Shown here: in pieces, positions 9,901-19,124 of the stretch
Layout: each line of letters starts with the position of its first letter
Numbering within the stretch: position 1 is the first letter of the stretch
The notes under the pieces: model-generated
Seen by the model: only the letters and a program-made list of their open reading frames with translations
The model's database searches: none
What the model was told of the DNA's origin: nothing
Source of the DNA: Elusimicrobia bacterium GWB2_63_16
Lineage (GTDB): Bacteria; Elusimicrobiota; Elusimicrobia; Elusimicrobiales; UBA9959
Reading direction: 5' to 3'
Assembly (NCBI GenBank): GCA_001799715.1
Contig: MGTZ01000020.1
Span: forward strand, 11,115 to 75,114
Length of the DNA stretch: 64,000 nucleotides
Made by a program: the position numbers and the translations under genes

Positions 9901-12867
9901 GCGCGCAGCGTCGCTGCCGGCGGCGGGCTTTCCGTATTCACGCTTAAGGTGGGCCCGGAGCACCGCGGCGGTTTCGGTCTGCGCTGGCTGGGCGCGGGCG
10001 GCTTCAAGGTTTATTCGGCCATGGCCGACGCCGAAGTGCCGGCGACGAACAAGAATATCAGCCTCTCGCTTGATTACGACAAGACCCTCGCCCCGGGGCA
10101 GCGGGCCGCGTGGAAGGTAAGGGCCAGGGACGCGGCCGGCCGGCCGGTGGCCGGCGAGGCGCTGGTAAAGGTGTTCGACCGCTCGCTGGAGTATTACGCC
10201 GGGGACGCCCCTTTCTGGGCGGACTCGCTCTATCCGCGCCGGTATTCCTCCGGAGAGGCCGTGGGGTCGCTGTTCACCCCGCGCGCCGTCAGCCTGCCCG
10301 TGCGCACCGGCATGATACAGAAAATGCTGCAGGCCTTCAGGCAGTACACCGCCGAGGAGCGCCTGGCTTCGCTGCGCATAGCCTCCACGCGGATGCGCCG
10401 TCATATGTACGACGGCGGGGCGGTCTATTCCAAGGGGCTGGCTTACGAAGCCGCCCCCAGCGGGGCCCTGGCTGAAGCCAACTTCGCGGACTCGGACGAA
10501 GCTGAAGGCTTAGGCGGACGGGCGGAGGGCAAGTTCAGGGTCTCCATGGCCCCTTACCCTGCCTCGGCGCCCGCCGCGGCTCCCGCCGCCGCGGTGGCGG
10601 TGCGCAAGGACTTTTCCGAGACCGCCTACTACAACCCCCAGCTCAAGGTGCTGCGGGGCGAGGCGGGCTTCTCGTTCAGGATCCCCGAACGCCTGACCTC
10701 CTGGAAGATCTCGTCCTACCTGCTGACGCGCGACGCGCGGCGCGGCTCTTTCGCCGCCGAGACGGTCACGAAAAAAGACCTGATGGCGCGGCTGGATATT
10801 CCGCGCTTCTTCCGCGAGGGCGACAGGTCGCGGCTGACCGCGCTGCTCACTAACGATACCGGCGGGGAGCTGACGGGCACCGTCTCTCTTTCCGTGCTGC
10901 GCGACGGGGCCGCGGCCCACGGCGACTTCGGGCTGAAGGACCTGTCTCGGCCTTTTACGGTTAAAGCCAAGGGCACCGTCCCGGTATACTGGGACATCAC
11001 GGCGCCGCGCGCTCCGGCCGCCTACAAGGCGCGCGTGATAGCCCGCGCGGGGCAGCTGTCCGACGCTCAGGAGAACGACCTGCCGGTGCTGCCGTCGCGC
11101 GAGCGGCTGATAGCCTCCGGCATGGCCGCGCTGGACGGCAACGCCTCCAAGACCTTCCGGCTGCCGGAGCTGGAGGCCGCCGACCCGACGCGCGAGGTGG
11201 AGTCGCTGCACCTGGAGATACAGCCGCAGCTGATACTGACCGTGCTCAACAGCCTGCCTTTCCTGGTCAATTACCCTTACGAATGCACGGAACAACTGCT
11301 CAACCGCTACGTGCCGCTGGCCATCACCAACGGCTTCTACAAGAAGTACCCGGCGCTCAGCGCCGCCGTGGCGAAGGTGCCCAAACGCAGCACGGTGACG
11401 CCGGAGTGGGAGCGCGACAACCCGGTGCGCCTGATGAGCCTGATGGAAACCCCGTGGGAGACCCAGTCGAAGGGACAGCGCTCAGGCTGGCCCGTGACCG
11501 ACATGCTGGACCCGAAGGTGGTGGCCGCTGAAAAGCAGGAAGCTCTGGATAAACTGAAAGCATACCAGGGCGCGGACGGTTCCTTCCCCTGGTTCCCCGG
11601 CGGCCGGGCGAACCTGCACATGACGCTCTACGTGCTGGAGGGACTGGCCGAGGCCTCGCGCTACGGCGTGGCGATACCGGAGGACATGGCCCGGCGGGCG
11701 CTGTCCTACGCGCTGGGCGAGATCCCGGCGCACCTGAAGGCCGACCCCGCCGAAACCTCGCTGGTGCTTTACGCGGCTTACGTCGTGACGTCGTTCCCGG
11801 CCGCCTGGCCGGAGAGCGCCGCCGCGCGCGAGTACGCCAAGGCCTGGGCGGATTTCGCGGACAAGCACGCCAACGCCATGACCGCCTTCGGCAAGGCCTA
11901 CGCGGCCTATGTCTACCACCGGCTCGGGGAGAAGGCAAAAGCCGACTCCTACCTGGCCCGCGCCATGGACGGGGCCCGCACCGACGAGATCTCCGGCACG
12001 TACTGGACGCCGGAGAAGATCTCGTGGCTGTGGTACAACGACAGCGTGGAGAAGCACGCTTTCCTGCTCCGGACCCTGCTGGCGCTGCGCCCGGCTGACC
12101 CGAAGATCCCGGGCCTGACGCGCTGGCTGCTGTTCAACCGCAAGGGCAACGAATGGAAGTCCACCAGGGCCTCGGCGGCGGCCATCTATTCGCTGCTCGA
12201 CGTGATGAAGGCCAAAGGCGCGCTGGACAAGGGCGAGACTTTCTCGCTGAAATGGGGCGCCACGGCCGAGAAGCTGGAGCTGCAGCCCTTCGACTGGGCC
12301 TCCCGGCCGTTGCGCTGGTCCAAATACGGCGCGGAGATCGGCAAGAAAGACCTGGCCCCGGCGGTGGACAAGCGCGGCCCCGGCCTGGCCTTCGCCGCTT
12401 TCACCGGCATCTATACCACCGACAGGACCGCCGAGGAGTCGCCGGACGGGATGATGAACGTCTCGCGCAAGTACTTCCTGCGCGCCAAAGAGGGGGACGC
12501 CTACACGCTGACCCCGCTGGCCGACGGGGATGCCGTGGCCGTGGGCGACCAGGTGGAGGTGCACCTGACGGTGAAGACGCGCAGCCAGTTCGAGTACGTG
12601 CACATCAAAGACCCCAAGGCCGCCGGCTTCGAGGCGGAGACGCTGACGAGCGGCTGGCACTGGGACCAGCTGTCGCGCTACGAGGAGCCGCGCGACTCGC
12701 TGACGAACTTCTTCGTGGAGTGGCTGCCGCACGGCGAGTACGTGCTCAAGTACCGGGTGCGCCCGACGACGCCAGGCACGTTCAAGGCCGGCGCGGCGGT
12801 GATCCAGTCCATGTACGCCCCCGAGTTCGCCGCCCACTCCTCCGGCTTCACCCTCAAAGTGAAGTAA
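6943..12867 (+). CDS. Bacterial alpha-2-macroglobulin family protein
   Basis: Signal peptide; ETDRPVYRPGQ (MG2), VEEYKRPEFEV, VRKDFSETAY, PRFFREGD, thioester motif YPYECTEQ, C-terminal SMYAPEF. Confidence 0.9.
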   Translation: MKTLIALLLLPCLAYGGPTDAADQAFAKGEYQAALDGYAAAKTPGEPGLKALYRAAESEALLSRYGEAAQRLFGMKLPPDPLWQARFLLLRAETGRQYQQRYGYSTSADEQKGEKDVTKLTTQQWRRLIAADYDSLWPLRGALAKTVLEGEAYFVDLKDAELLYTPTLWDFAVLRWTSWLLGESENSDGPPAAEPFVELSYKADYAAGAPAASKAAALYEAAAAGPEGFVREYWRLQRLMIPFEQAGRVAAYDRAALRQRALKTLKYWAASFKTGLGRSWAFYRAAAFENEAGEFSSAVEFCRKAEAEAPRSMPASHCARLRAGIELPRLELSAVFAPPPGKDILTVSARNLPELYFRAYKTTPEELEASLGHAQQGWDHVKYLRQETVKEYLRRRASVEWSQAIKYEAPYREASAAVANPPLKKGLYVVVASGDAGFEEGASLMRAVTVNITDIFLLGTSGLGADPEAFLYDPAAPSRPASAEVFRLYAVNALTGAPLAGARTETFVHKSRAGDWQRVPLTAGPDGAAILRHEFEVTYPANEYFSLDPLLRHGGAYAYWNSQASAGLHVPAPVSVFVETDRPVYRPGQEVKFKVTALLRQPGGYRVYDGKAAVTLTARDANWQPAYTATLPFTGLGSAAGSFKLPEGRMLGQYSLSAGVREYGYNFSGTAQFGVEEYKRPEFEVKLEAADKPLRYGQAAKVSGEAKYYFGSPVPGARVKYRVTRSRYLPRYCWYWGWFYGGGATAEAAAGETVTGDDGKFSLTFTPEPESAEYAGYPASYQVEAEALDAGGRTITDSRAYRAGSRAWLFDVKPQAGFFAPEGTAALDARLMDLNDSPQAGEAQYALYRLDGEPAAAAGGSGWGYFGRNPSLEQAFDKVPDGAPAGKGKVFFAKDRPSVISFKNLAPGAYRLRLKARDPWGGESESQVVIVSASADARRNAALRLPAVALFERDSYQSGETARVLIGASALKGAKFTEVLAGNFVLARSVAAGGGLSVFTLKVGPEHRGGFGLRWLGAGGFKVYSAMADAEVPATNKNISLSLDYDKTLAPGQRAAWKVRARDAAGRPVAGEALVKVFDRSLEYYAGDAPFWADSLYPRRYSSGEAVGSLFTPRAVSLPVRTGMIQKMLQAFRQYTAEERLASLRIASTRMRRHMYDGGAVYSKGLAYEAAPSGALAEANFADSDEAEGLGGRAEGKFRVSMAPYPASAPAAAPAAAVAVRKDFSETAYYNPQLKVLRGEAGFSFRIPERLTSWKISSYLLTRDARRGSFAAETVTKKDLMARLDIPRFFREGDRSRLTALLTNDTGGELTGTVSLSVLRDGAAAHGDFGLKDLSRPFTVKAKGTVPVYWDITAPRAPAAYKARVIARAGQLSDAQENDLPVLPSRERLIASGMAALDGNASKTFRLPELEAADPTREVESLHLEIQPQLILTVLNSLPFLVNYPYECTEQLLNRYVPLAITNGFYKKYPALSAAVAKVPKRSTVTPEWERDNPVRLMSLMETPWETQSKGQRSGWPVTDMLDPKVVAAEKQEALDKLKAYQGADGSFPWFPGGRANLHMTLYVLEGLAEASRYGVAIPEDMARRALSYALGEIPAHLKADPAETSLVLYAAYVVTSFPAAWPESAAAREYAKAWADFADKHANAMTAFGKAYAAYVYHRLGEKAKADSYLARAMDGARTDEISGTYWTPEKISWLWYNDSVEKHAFLLRTLLALRPADPKIPGLTRWLLFNRKGNEWKSTRASAAAIYSLLDVMKAKGALDKGETFSLKWGATAEKLELQPFDWASRPLRWSKYGAEIGKKDLAPAVDKRGPGLAFAAFTGIYTTDRTAEESPDGMMNVSRKYFLRAKEGDAYTLTPLADGDAVAVGDQVEVHLTVKTRSQFEYVHIKDPKAAGFEAETLTSGWHWDQLSRYEEPRDSLTNFFVEWLPHGEYVLKYRVRPTTPGTFKAGAAVIQSMYAPEFAAHSSGFTLKVK

Positions 12868-12906
12868 CGCTTGTCTCCGCGCGGAGCGAAGCCAAGTGGT
12901 GTTCGG

Positions 12907-13236
12907 GGATGGGGGTTTCAGGCACGGAGAAGGCTGGCGAGGGTACGCCTTCTCCGGGTACGCTCGGCCACACCGTGGCCTCGCTCTTTCGCTACGGCTC
13001 GGCGCTACGCAAGCCTCGCCTACGCGAGGCCCCTCCGAAGGCATACCCTCGTCAGCCTGCCGTTGTCCTGCAGTAGTCCGCCTCATGTGGCCACACAAGA
13101 GCATATGTGGAGGGGCGGATTGACCAGCGGATGGGTTCGGAAGGCCCTCACGGAGGCCGAGGCTTGCGAAGCGCCGAGGCCGAGTGAGGAGGGGCGAGCA
13201 CGGTGTGCGAGACCCCGTGCCTGACGGGCCCATCCG
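12907..13236. repeat. Structured intergenic element made of two inverted, diverged, self-complementary units
   Basis: Complementary pairs 12918-12927/13215-13224, 12969-12977/13199-13207, 12998-13018/13158-13178 (20/21), 12931-12952/13037-13058 (20/22), 13128-13135/13229-13236. Confidence 0.7.
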
Positions 13237-13328
13237 TTGGGCAAGCCGCCTGCCCGTACGGTAAGCCGCCAAAAGCCAGATACGACAAGATGGCAGCGTT
13301 CGTCGGCGGTCTTGCCGGGGAAATGATG

Positions 13329-13661
13329 TTAGAAACGGCGGAAGGTGACGGTGGGGGAGGCGCCGAGGGAGAGGAATTTGAAGAGCAGGTAGAAGACCAG
13401 GGCGCCCAGCAGCAGGAGCGGGATGCCGATGATGGCGCCGATGACGGTGGAGGTCAGCAGCGCGCCGGAGACCAGCAGGGCGAAACCCAGCAGGGCCAGG
13501 CCGGCGGCTATCAGGGCCTTCAGCCGGGCCAGCAGGCCGGGCGGCTGCGGCGGGGGGACTGGCCCCGGCCGCGGGCCGGAAGCGCGCGGGCCCTGGCCGC
13601 CGGGGCTGACGAGCTCCGGCTCCACGCACTCTTCGCTGACCGCCAGGCGGCGTTCTTCCAT
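13329..13661 (-). CDS. Small membrane protein (2 TM), hypothetical
   Basis: Pro-rich N-terminus then two hydrophobic segments (TVIGAIIGIPLLLLG); extended -10 just upstream. Confidence 0.7.
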   Translation of the reverse strand: MEERRLAVSEECVEPELVSPGGQGPRASGPRPGPVPPPQPPGLLARLKALIAAGLALLGFALLVSGALLTSTVIGAIIGIPLLLLGALVFYLLFKFLSLGASPTVTFRRF

Positions 13662-13676
13662 AGATAGATTTTACCA
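13662..13676 (-). promoter_or_regulatory. Extended -10 promoter, probable leaderless mRNA
   Basis: Minus strand TGG-TAAAAT-ctatct-ATG. Confidence 0.55.
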
Positions 13677-13731
13677 AAACGACGCAACAAATCCGTCATA
13701 CCACGCGTTTATAATGTAAGCAGGTGAAAAC

Positions 13732-14709
13732 ATGAAAATAAGGATTCCGCTCCTGTTCGCCGCCGCGCTGGCGGCCTCGTCTTTTCTCAACTCGCCGGCC
13801 CCGGCCGCCGAGGCTCCCGCCAACGCGCTGCTGGTGGTCCCTTCCGAAACGGCCTTCGACCGCAAGTTCCAGGACTACCTGGAGAAGAAGGGGGCGAAAC
13901 TGCTCGAGTCGCACCCGCCCAGCGTCTTCGTGGGCCATATCCCCCAGGACCTCGACCAGGAACTGGAGAAGAAATACGGCGCCAAGGTCTACCGCCAGAA
14001 GGTGGACGACTGGGCCTCCTTCGCCCGCTACGGCGAGAACGCCGTGTTCGCCGTGAACGCCTGGAACAAGCGTTTCGTGGAGGACCCGCCCGTGGCCCCG
14101 CTGGTGGTAAGCAACCGTGTGCAGAAAGCCGGGCGGCGCGGCCTGCGCCTGGCCTGGAACGACGTCATGAAAGCCACGTCCTACCGGCTGCAGATCAGCC
14201 GCGCCGAGGATTTCTCCAAGATCTTCCTGGAGACCGGCATCGGAGACAACCAGTACCTGCTCTATCCCTCGCTGCTGGAGGACGGGATCTATTACTGGCG
14301 CGTCGCGCCGGTGGTGCTCCTAAACACGGGGAAGTATTGGGAAATGCCCTACACCTCCGCTTACAGTTTCGCGGTCTCCAACCCCGCGGGGGGCGCCGCC
14401 GTTTCGCGGCCCGCGCCCGCGCAGGCCAAAGCGCCGCTGAACAAGGGCGCGGTGACCTGGCAGCACGCCCCAGGCGACAGGTACTTCCGGCTGCAGCTCT
14501 CCAATACCGCCGATTTCGAGGCGCCGCTGGCCGATGTTTTCACCGATACCTGCGCCTACAGGCTCTCCGGCCTGCCGGTCGCCGTAGCGCCCGGCCAGTA
14601 CCTGCGCTTCATGGGTTCGGACGGACGGCGGGCCGGTGACTGGTCCGCCCCCATAGAGATAGTTCCGGGCGCCACCGGCGCCCGCAGGAAGAAAGGACGC
14701 GCCCGCTGA
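13732..14709 (+). CDS. Secreted hypothetical protein with two FN3/Ig-like domains
   Basis: Signal peptide; repeated W....A..Y(R/F)LQ(I/L)S...DF motif and GIYYWRV; TATAAT upstream; 2 nt from the next gene. Confidence 0.65.
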   Translation: MKIRIPLLFAAALAASSFLNSPAPAAEAPANALLVVPSETAFDRKFQDYLEKKGAKLLESHPPSVFVGHIPQDLDQELEKKYGAKVYRQKVDDWASFARYGENAVFAVNAWNKRFVEDPPVAPLVVSNRVQKAGRRGLRLAWNDVMKATSYRLQISRAEDFSKIFLETGIGDNQYLLYPSLLEDGIYYWRVAPVVLLNTGKYWEMPYTSAYSFAVSNPAGGAAVSRPAPAQAKAPLNKGAVTWQHAPGDRYFRLQLSNTADFEAPLADVFTDTCAYRLSGLPVAVAPGQYLRFMGSDGRRAGDWSAPIEIVPGATGARRKKGRAR

Positions 14710-14711
14710 TT

Positions 14712-17700
14712 ATGACCCCGACCAAGGCCTCAACATCGAACCTGCTGCTGGCGCCCGCGCTGCTGCTGTGCCTTGCGGGCGCGGCCTACGCCGTGCCGGC
14801 CAACCCGCGCGCCGCCGCGGTGGCGCAGGCCGACGGCTCCACGGTGACGGTGCGGCTGCGCGGCGACGAGTATCATCACTGGCACGAGGACCGGGACGGC
14901 TATACAGTGCTCAAGGACAAGGCCGCCAGGACCTGGTTTTACGCGGAGAAGGCCGGCGACGGCTCGCTGCGGCCGGGCGCCCACCGCGTAGGTTCGGTAG
15001 AGCCGGATAAAGCGGGCTTTAAGAAGGGGCTGCGGGACGACAGGCGCGTCAAAGCCGGGGCCGAGCGCCGCCGGCGCGACGAAGCCGCCAGGCGCGCGCG
15101 CGCCTCCGCCTCGCCTTTAAGGGTTTCCTCGGTCCTGGGCGGGCAGGCTTCCGCTATAGCGCCGTCCGCCGCGCAGCCGGCCCGCGCGCCCATACTGACC
15201 GGCACTATGAAGAACCTGGTGATACTGGCCAGGTTCTCCGACCAGGCCGCCACGCACAGCCAGACCTCTTTCAATAACCTCTTCAACCAGGTGGGCTACA
15301 ATCTCGACGGCGCCGTCGGTTCCGTAAAAGACTATTTTCTGGAGACGTCCTACGGCAATCTGACGGTGCAGTCCGTGGTGACGGCCTGGGTGACGCTGCC
15401 GCAGAACCAGGCCTATTACGGCGCCAACGACGTGGACGGTTACGACTTGCGGCCGCGCGAGATGGTGCGCGACGCCATCAACGCGCTGGAAGCTTCCGGT
15501 TTCGACTTCAGCCAGGCGGACGGCAACGGCGACGGCGAGGTGGACGGCCTGACCGTCATCCACTCCGGCTTCGCCGAAGAGTATACGGATAACCCGACGG
15601 ATGCCATATGGTCCCACCAGTGGGAACTGATAACCCCGCTCACCTACGACGGGGTCAGGATGGAGGCCTATCATACCGAGGCGGAGATACGCGGCTGGAG
15701 CGACACGCCCTCGTCCCAGGGCATCTCCCGCATCGGCGTCATCTGCCACGAGACCGGCCATTTTCTGGGGCTCCCCGACCTTTACGACACCACGTACAAC
15801 AGCAACGGCGTAGGCAGTTTCTGCCTGATGAGCGGCGGCTCCTGGAACGGCGCGGACGAGGACGGCGCCTCCCCGGCCCACCTGAGCGCCTGGCCCAAGA
15901 AAAACCTGGGCTGGGCCGCGGCCACGCAGCTTACGACGATAGGCACCAAGTCGCTGGGCCGCATAGCCGCGGACCCCGCCGCGCTGTACCTGCTGCGCGA
16001 CGCGGCCTTCCCGGCCTCCGAATATTTCCTGATAGAGAACCGGCAGGGCTACGGCTTCGACGCCTACCTGCCCGGCTCCTCCCGCGGCCTGCTGGTGTGG
16101 CATGTCGACGAGTCGATGGCGGGTAACGACAACCCCGCCCATTACAAAGTGGACCTGGAAGAGGCCAGCGGCACGCAGCACCTTACGGCCGCCTACAACA
16201 GCTATACGATCGGAGACGACGCCGACTATTACCGGGCGGGCAATAATACCGATTTTACGGACGCTACGGCTCCCAACAGCATAAGTTACTCCGGCCAGAA
16301 CCTGAAGCTGCCCATCAGCGCGGTGTCCGCCACCGGCGCGGAGATGACTTTCTACCTGGGCACCACCGACGTCACGCCGCCGGCCGCCGTGGCCGCCGTC
16401 TACGACGGCCTGACCACCGGCAGCGACATCGCCACCACGGGCTCGCTGACGCAGCTCTCCGCCAACTGGCCGGCTTCGGCCGGCGACCCCGAGACCGGCC
16501 TGGCCGGCTACTACTACGCCATCGGCACCGCGCCGGGCGGCACCAACGTGGCGGACTGGACCTCCAACGGCCTCTCCCTGTCCGTAACCCGCTCCGGCCT
16601 CACGCTTACGCCGGGCCAGATCTACTATTTCAGCGTCAAGGCGATGAGCGGCGTCGGCGTGTTCTCCGCCGAAACCCGTTCCAACGGCCAGACCGTGGAC
16701 ACGCAGTCCCCTTCCGACGTGGCCTACGTTCACGACGGTACGGAGGGAGACATAGATTACGTGCGCTCCCTGACCACGCTCTCGGCCTACTGGCCGGAGT
16801 CGCCCTCCGAGAACATAGACCGCTACGAGTACGCCATCGGCACCACGCCGGGCGGCACGCAGACCGCGGGCTGGACCAGCGTGGGCATGAACACCTACGT
16901 GACGCGTGCCGGCCTGGGGCTGGCGCAGGCCACCACCTATTATTTCTCGGTGCGGGCTCACAACACCGGCGGTTTCTACTCCACGCCTACCGCTTCCGAC
17001 GGCCAGAAGACGGACACCATAAGCCCTTCGGCCAAGGTGGAGATCGCCACGGCGCTGCCGGCCCGGACAGGCATTTTTACGGCCAAACTGATAGTTACCG
17101 AGGCCAACCCGCTGCCGACCGCACCGCAGTTGCGTTTCGTCACGTCCACCGGGCGCATAGTTCCGCTGACGCTTACTTTCCTGACCGGGTCCACTTGGAC
17201 AGCCTCCGGGTACATAGAATCTTACCTCTCCACCGGCACGGCCTCCTTCCAGTTCGCCGCGGCCGACGCGGCGGGGAATAACGGCACCTCAATCACTTCC
17301 GGCGTTACTTTTACGATAAACTACGCCCTGGACGGGGCCTCCGGCGGCTCGGTGTACAACAGCGACGGCTCGGGCATAACGCTGCCGGCCGGGGCCTACC
17401 TGGGGACCATCCTCCTTTCCGTTTCCACCGCGCCGGCGGCGGCGCTGGCGGGGCCCGACGCCTCTTCGCCGGACTCTTTCAAGATCTACGGCTACGACCT
17501 GGCGCGCGACTTTTCCGCCCGGACCACCGCCGGCGCGCCCGTTACGACTTTCGCCGCGCCGGTGACGATCACCCTGGGCTACCCGGACGCCGATAACGAC
17601 GGCCGGATAGACATGGACCTGATAGAGGAGTCCAAAGCCTGGATCTACTACCTGGACACCGCCGCCGGCCGCTGGACCCCGGTGCCCGGCGTCACGCGCG

Positions 17701-18071
17701 ACGCCGGGGCCAACACCCTTTCCGCCCAGGTGGCGCATTTCTCGGTCTACTCGGTCAGGGCCGCCGGCGACGCCGGTCCCGGCATCGGCGAGCTGCGGGC
17801 CTACCCGAACCCCTGCGACCTGCGGACCGCCTCCTCGCTGACCATAGACGGCGTCCCCATAGACGCCGTCGGGACCAGGGCCTATATTTTCAATTCAGCC
17901 GGCGAACTGGTGCGGGAGCTGACGCGCTCCGACGGCGTGAACGCGCTGAACGCGATTTCCTGGAACGGGCGCGACAAGAGCGGCGCCAGGGCGGCCAGCG
18001 GGCTGTATATCTACGTGGTCAAGACGGACAACAGGGGGAAGGGCAGCGGCAAGTTCTTCCTGGTCTGGTAA
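14712..18071 (+). CDS. M6 family (immune inhibitor A-like) metalloprotease with FN3-like repeats and T9SS-type-A-like C-terminal domain
   Basis: VPANP...QADG..LRGDE propeptide; GSVKDYFLETSYG; ICHETGHFLGLPDLY; YFLIENRQ; C-terminus LRAYPNP..IFNSAGELVR..WNGRDKSG..ASGLYIY..GKFFLVW. Confidence 0.88.
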   Translation: MTPTKASTSNLLLAPALLLCLAGAAYAVPANPRAAAVAQADGSTVTVRLRGDEYHHWHEDRDGYTVLKDKAARTWFYAEKAGDGSLRPGAHRVGSVEPDKAGFKKGLRDDRRVKAGAERRRRDEAARRARASASPLRVSSVLGGQASAIAPSAAQPARAPILTGTMKNLVILARFSDQAATHSQTSFNNLFNQVGYNLDGAVGSVKDYFLETSYGNLTVQSVVTAWVTLPQNQAYYGANDVDGYDLRPREMVRDAINALEASGFDFSQADGNGDGEVDGLTVIHSGFAEEYTDNPTDAIWSHQWELITPLTYDGVRMEAYHTEAEIRGWSDTPSSQGISRIGVICHETGHFLGLPDLYDTTYNSNGVGSFCLMSGGSWNGADEDGASPAHLSAWPKKNLGWAAATQLTTIGTKSLGRIAADPAALYLLRDAAFPASEYFLIENRQGYGFDAYLPGSSRGLLVWHVDESMAGNDNPAHYKVDLEEASGTQHLTAAYNSYTIGDDADYYRAGNNTDFTDATAPNSISYSGQNLKLPISAVSATGAEMTFYLGTTDVTPPAAVAAVYDGLTTGSDIATTGSLTQLSANWPASAGDPETGLAGYYYAIGTAPGGTNVADWTSNGLSLSVTRSGLTLTPGQIYYFSVKAMSGVGVFSAETRSNGQTVDTQSPSDVAYVHDGTEGDIDYVRSLTTLSAYWPESPSENIDRYEYAIGTTPGGTQTAGWTSVGMNTYVTRAGLGLAQATTYYFSVRAHNTGGFYSTPTASDGQKTDTISPSAKVEIATALPARTGIFTAKLIVTEANPLPTAPQLRFVTSTGRIVPLTLTFLTGSTWTASGYIESYLSTGTASFQFAAADAAGNNGTSITSGVTFTINYALDGASGGSVYNSDGSGITLPAGAYLGTILLSVSTAPAAALAGPDASSPDSFKIYGYDLARDFSARTTAGAPVTTFAAPVTITLGYPDADNDGRIDMDLIEESKAWIYYLDTAAGRWTPVPGVTRDAGANTLSAQVAHFSVYSVRAAGDAGPGIGELRAYPNPCDLRTASSLTIDGVPIDAVGTRAYIFNSAGELVRELTRSDGVNALNAISWNGRDKSGARAASGLYIYVVKTDNRGKGSGKFFLVW

Positions 18072-18074
18072 TTT

Positions 18075-19124
18075 ATGAAACTAGCGGCAGCGGTCATAAT
18101 CGCTTTGTTCTCCGCCGCCCCGGCCTCGGGCGGGGCGGGAGGCGACGCGCTGCCATTTCTGAAACTGGACGCCGGGGCGCGCGGCGCCGCCATGGGCGGG
18201 GCCTACTGCGCCGCAGGCGACGACGCGCTGAGCGTGTTCTACAACCCGGCCGGCCCGGCTTTGGCCGAGCGGAAGGAAGTTTTGGTGGGGCATAACGAGT
18301 GGCTGCAGGAGATGCGCAACGAGTCCGCCGCCTATGTGCACCCGCTGGGGGCCCGGCTGACGCTGTTCGGCGGCGCGAACCTGCTGCTCTCCGGTAGCAT
18401 GGATAAATACGACGCGGCCGGAGCGCGTACCGGCTCTTTCAGCGCCCTGGAGGGCGTCGTGTCGGCCGGCGCCGCTGCCGCGCTCGGGCGGGAGTTCTAC
18501 GGCGGCGCCGCGTTAAAGTTCCTGACCCAGCGCGCCGACGGCCTGAGCGCCAGCGCCTGGGCCGGGGACGCCGGACTGCTGAAGGCGTTCGGCGATTGGC
18601 GCGCCGGCGTCTCCGCGGCTAATTTCGGCTCGGCCCTCAAGCTGGGCTCGCGCAGTTTCCCGCTGCCGCTGGTGCTGCGCGCGGGCATCTCCCGGTCTTT
18701 CCTGGGCAATTTCCTGGCCGCCGCCGAGGCGGTAAAGGCCGGCGGCTCCGACGCGGCCGCGGCGCTGGGAGCGGAGGCCCGCCTTACGGCGGGGCCGCAG
18801 GAATATTTTTACTTCAGGGGCGGCTACAAGACGGGCCGCAGCAGCTACGCCGGCACCGGCTTCTCGGCTGGCATCGGGCTCACCAACAGGGACCTGCGCG
18901 TGGATTACGCCTTCGCGCCGTACGGCGAACTCGGGGACGCCCACCGCGTTACCGTGGCGCTGAGTTTCGGGGCGGCCCGGCCGGACGAGGCCAGGCGCAG
19001 GCCTTTCGGCGGCCTGCCGCCGCGGGCGGTGAAAAAGGCCGCTCCGGGGCGCCAGGGCGGCACCAAAGCGCCGCCGGAGAAGAAGCGGTCCGAAGAGAAA
19101 GAGGAAGTTTACTTTATGTGGTAG
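18075..19124 (+). CDS. PorV/PorQ (UPF0164, FadL-like) family outer-membrane barrel
   Basis: PFLKLDAGARGAAMGGAY..DDALSVFYNPAG N-terminal motif; VDYAFAPYGELGDAHRV near the C-terminus. Confidence 0.8.
   Translation: MKLAAAVIIALFSAAPASGGAGGDALPFLKLDAGARGAAMGGAYCAAGDDALSVFYNPAGPALAERKEVLVGHNEWLQEMRNESAAYVHPLGARLTLFGGANLLLSGSMDKYDAAGARTGSFSALEGVVSAGAAAALGREFYGGAALKFLTQRADGLSASAWAGDAGLLKAFGDWRAGVSAANFGSALKLGSRSFPLPLVLRAGISRSFLGNFLAAAEAVKAGGSDAAAALGAEARLTAGPQEYFYFRGGYKTGRSSYAGTGFSAGIGLTNRDLRVDYAFAPYGELGDAHRVTVALSFGAARPDEARRRPFGGLPPRAVKKAAPGRQGGTKAPPEKKRSEEKEEVYFMW

Noticed and set aside
12868-13328. RNase P RNA, tmRNA, 6S RNA, attC site, or the short ORFs predicted here
   Set aside because: No GAGGAAAGUCC, no tRNA-like ends, no convincing RYYYAAC/GTTRRRY pair; the ORFs lack codon bias and recognisable motifs.
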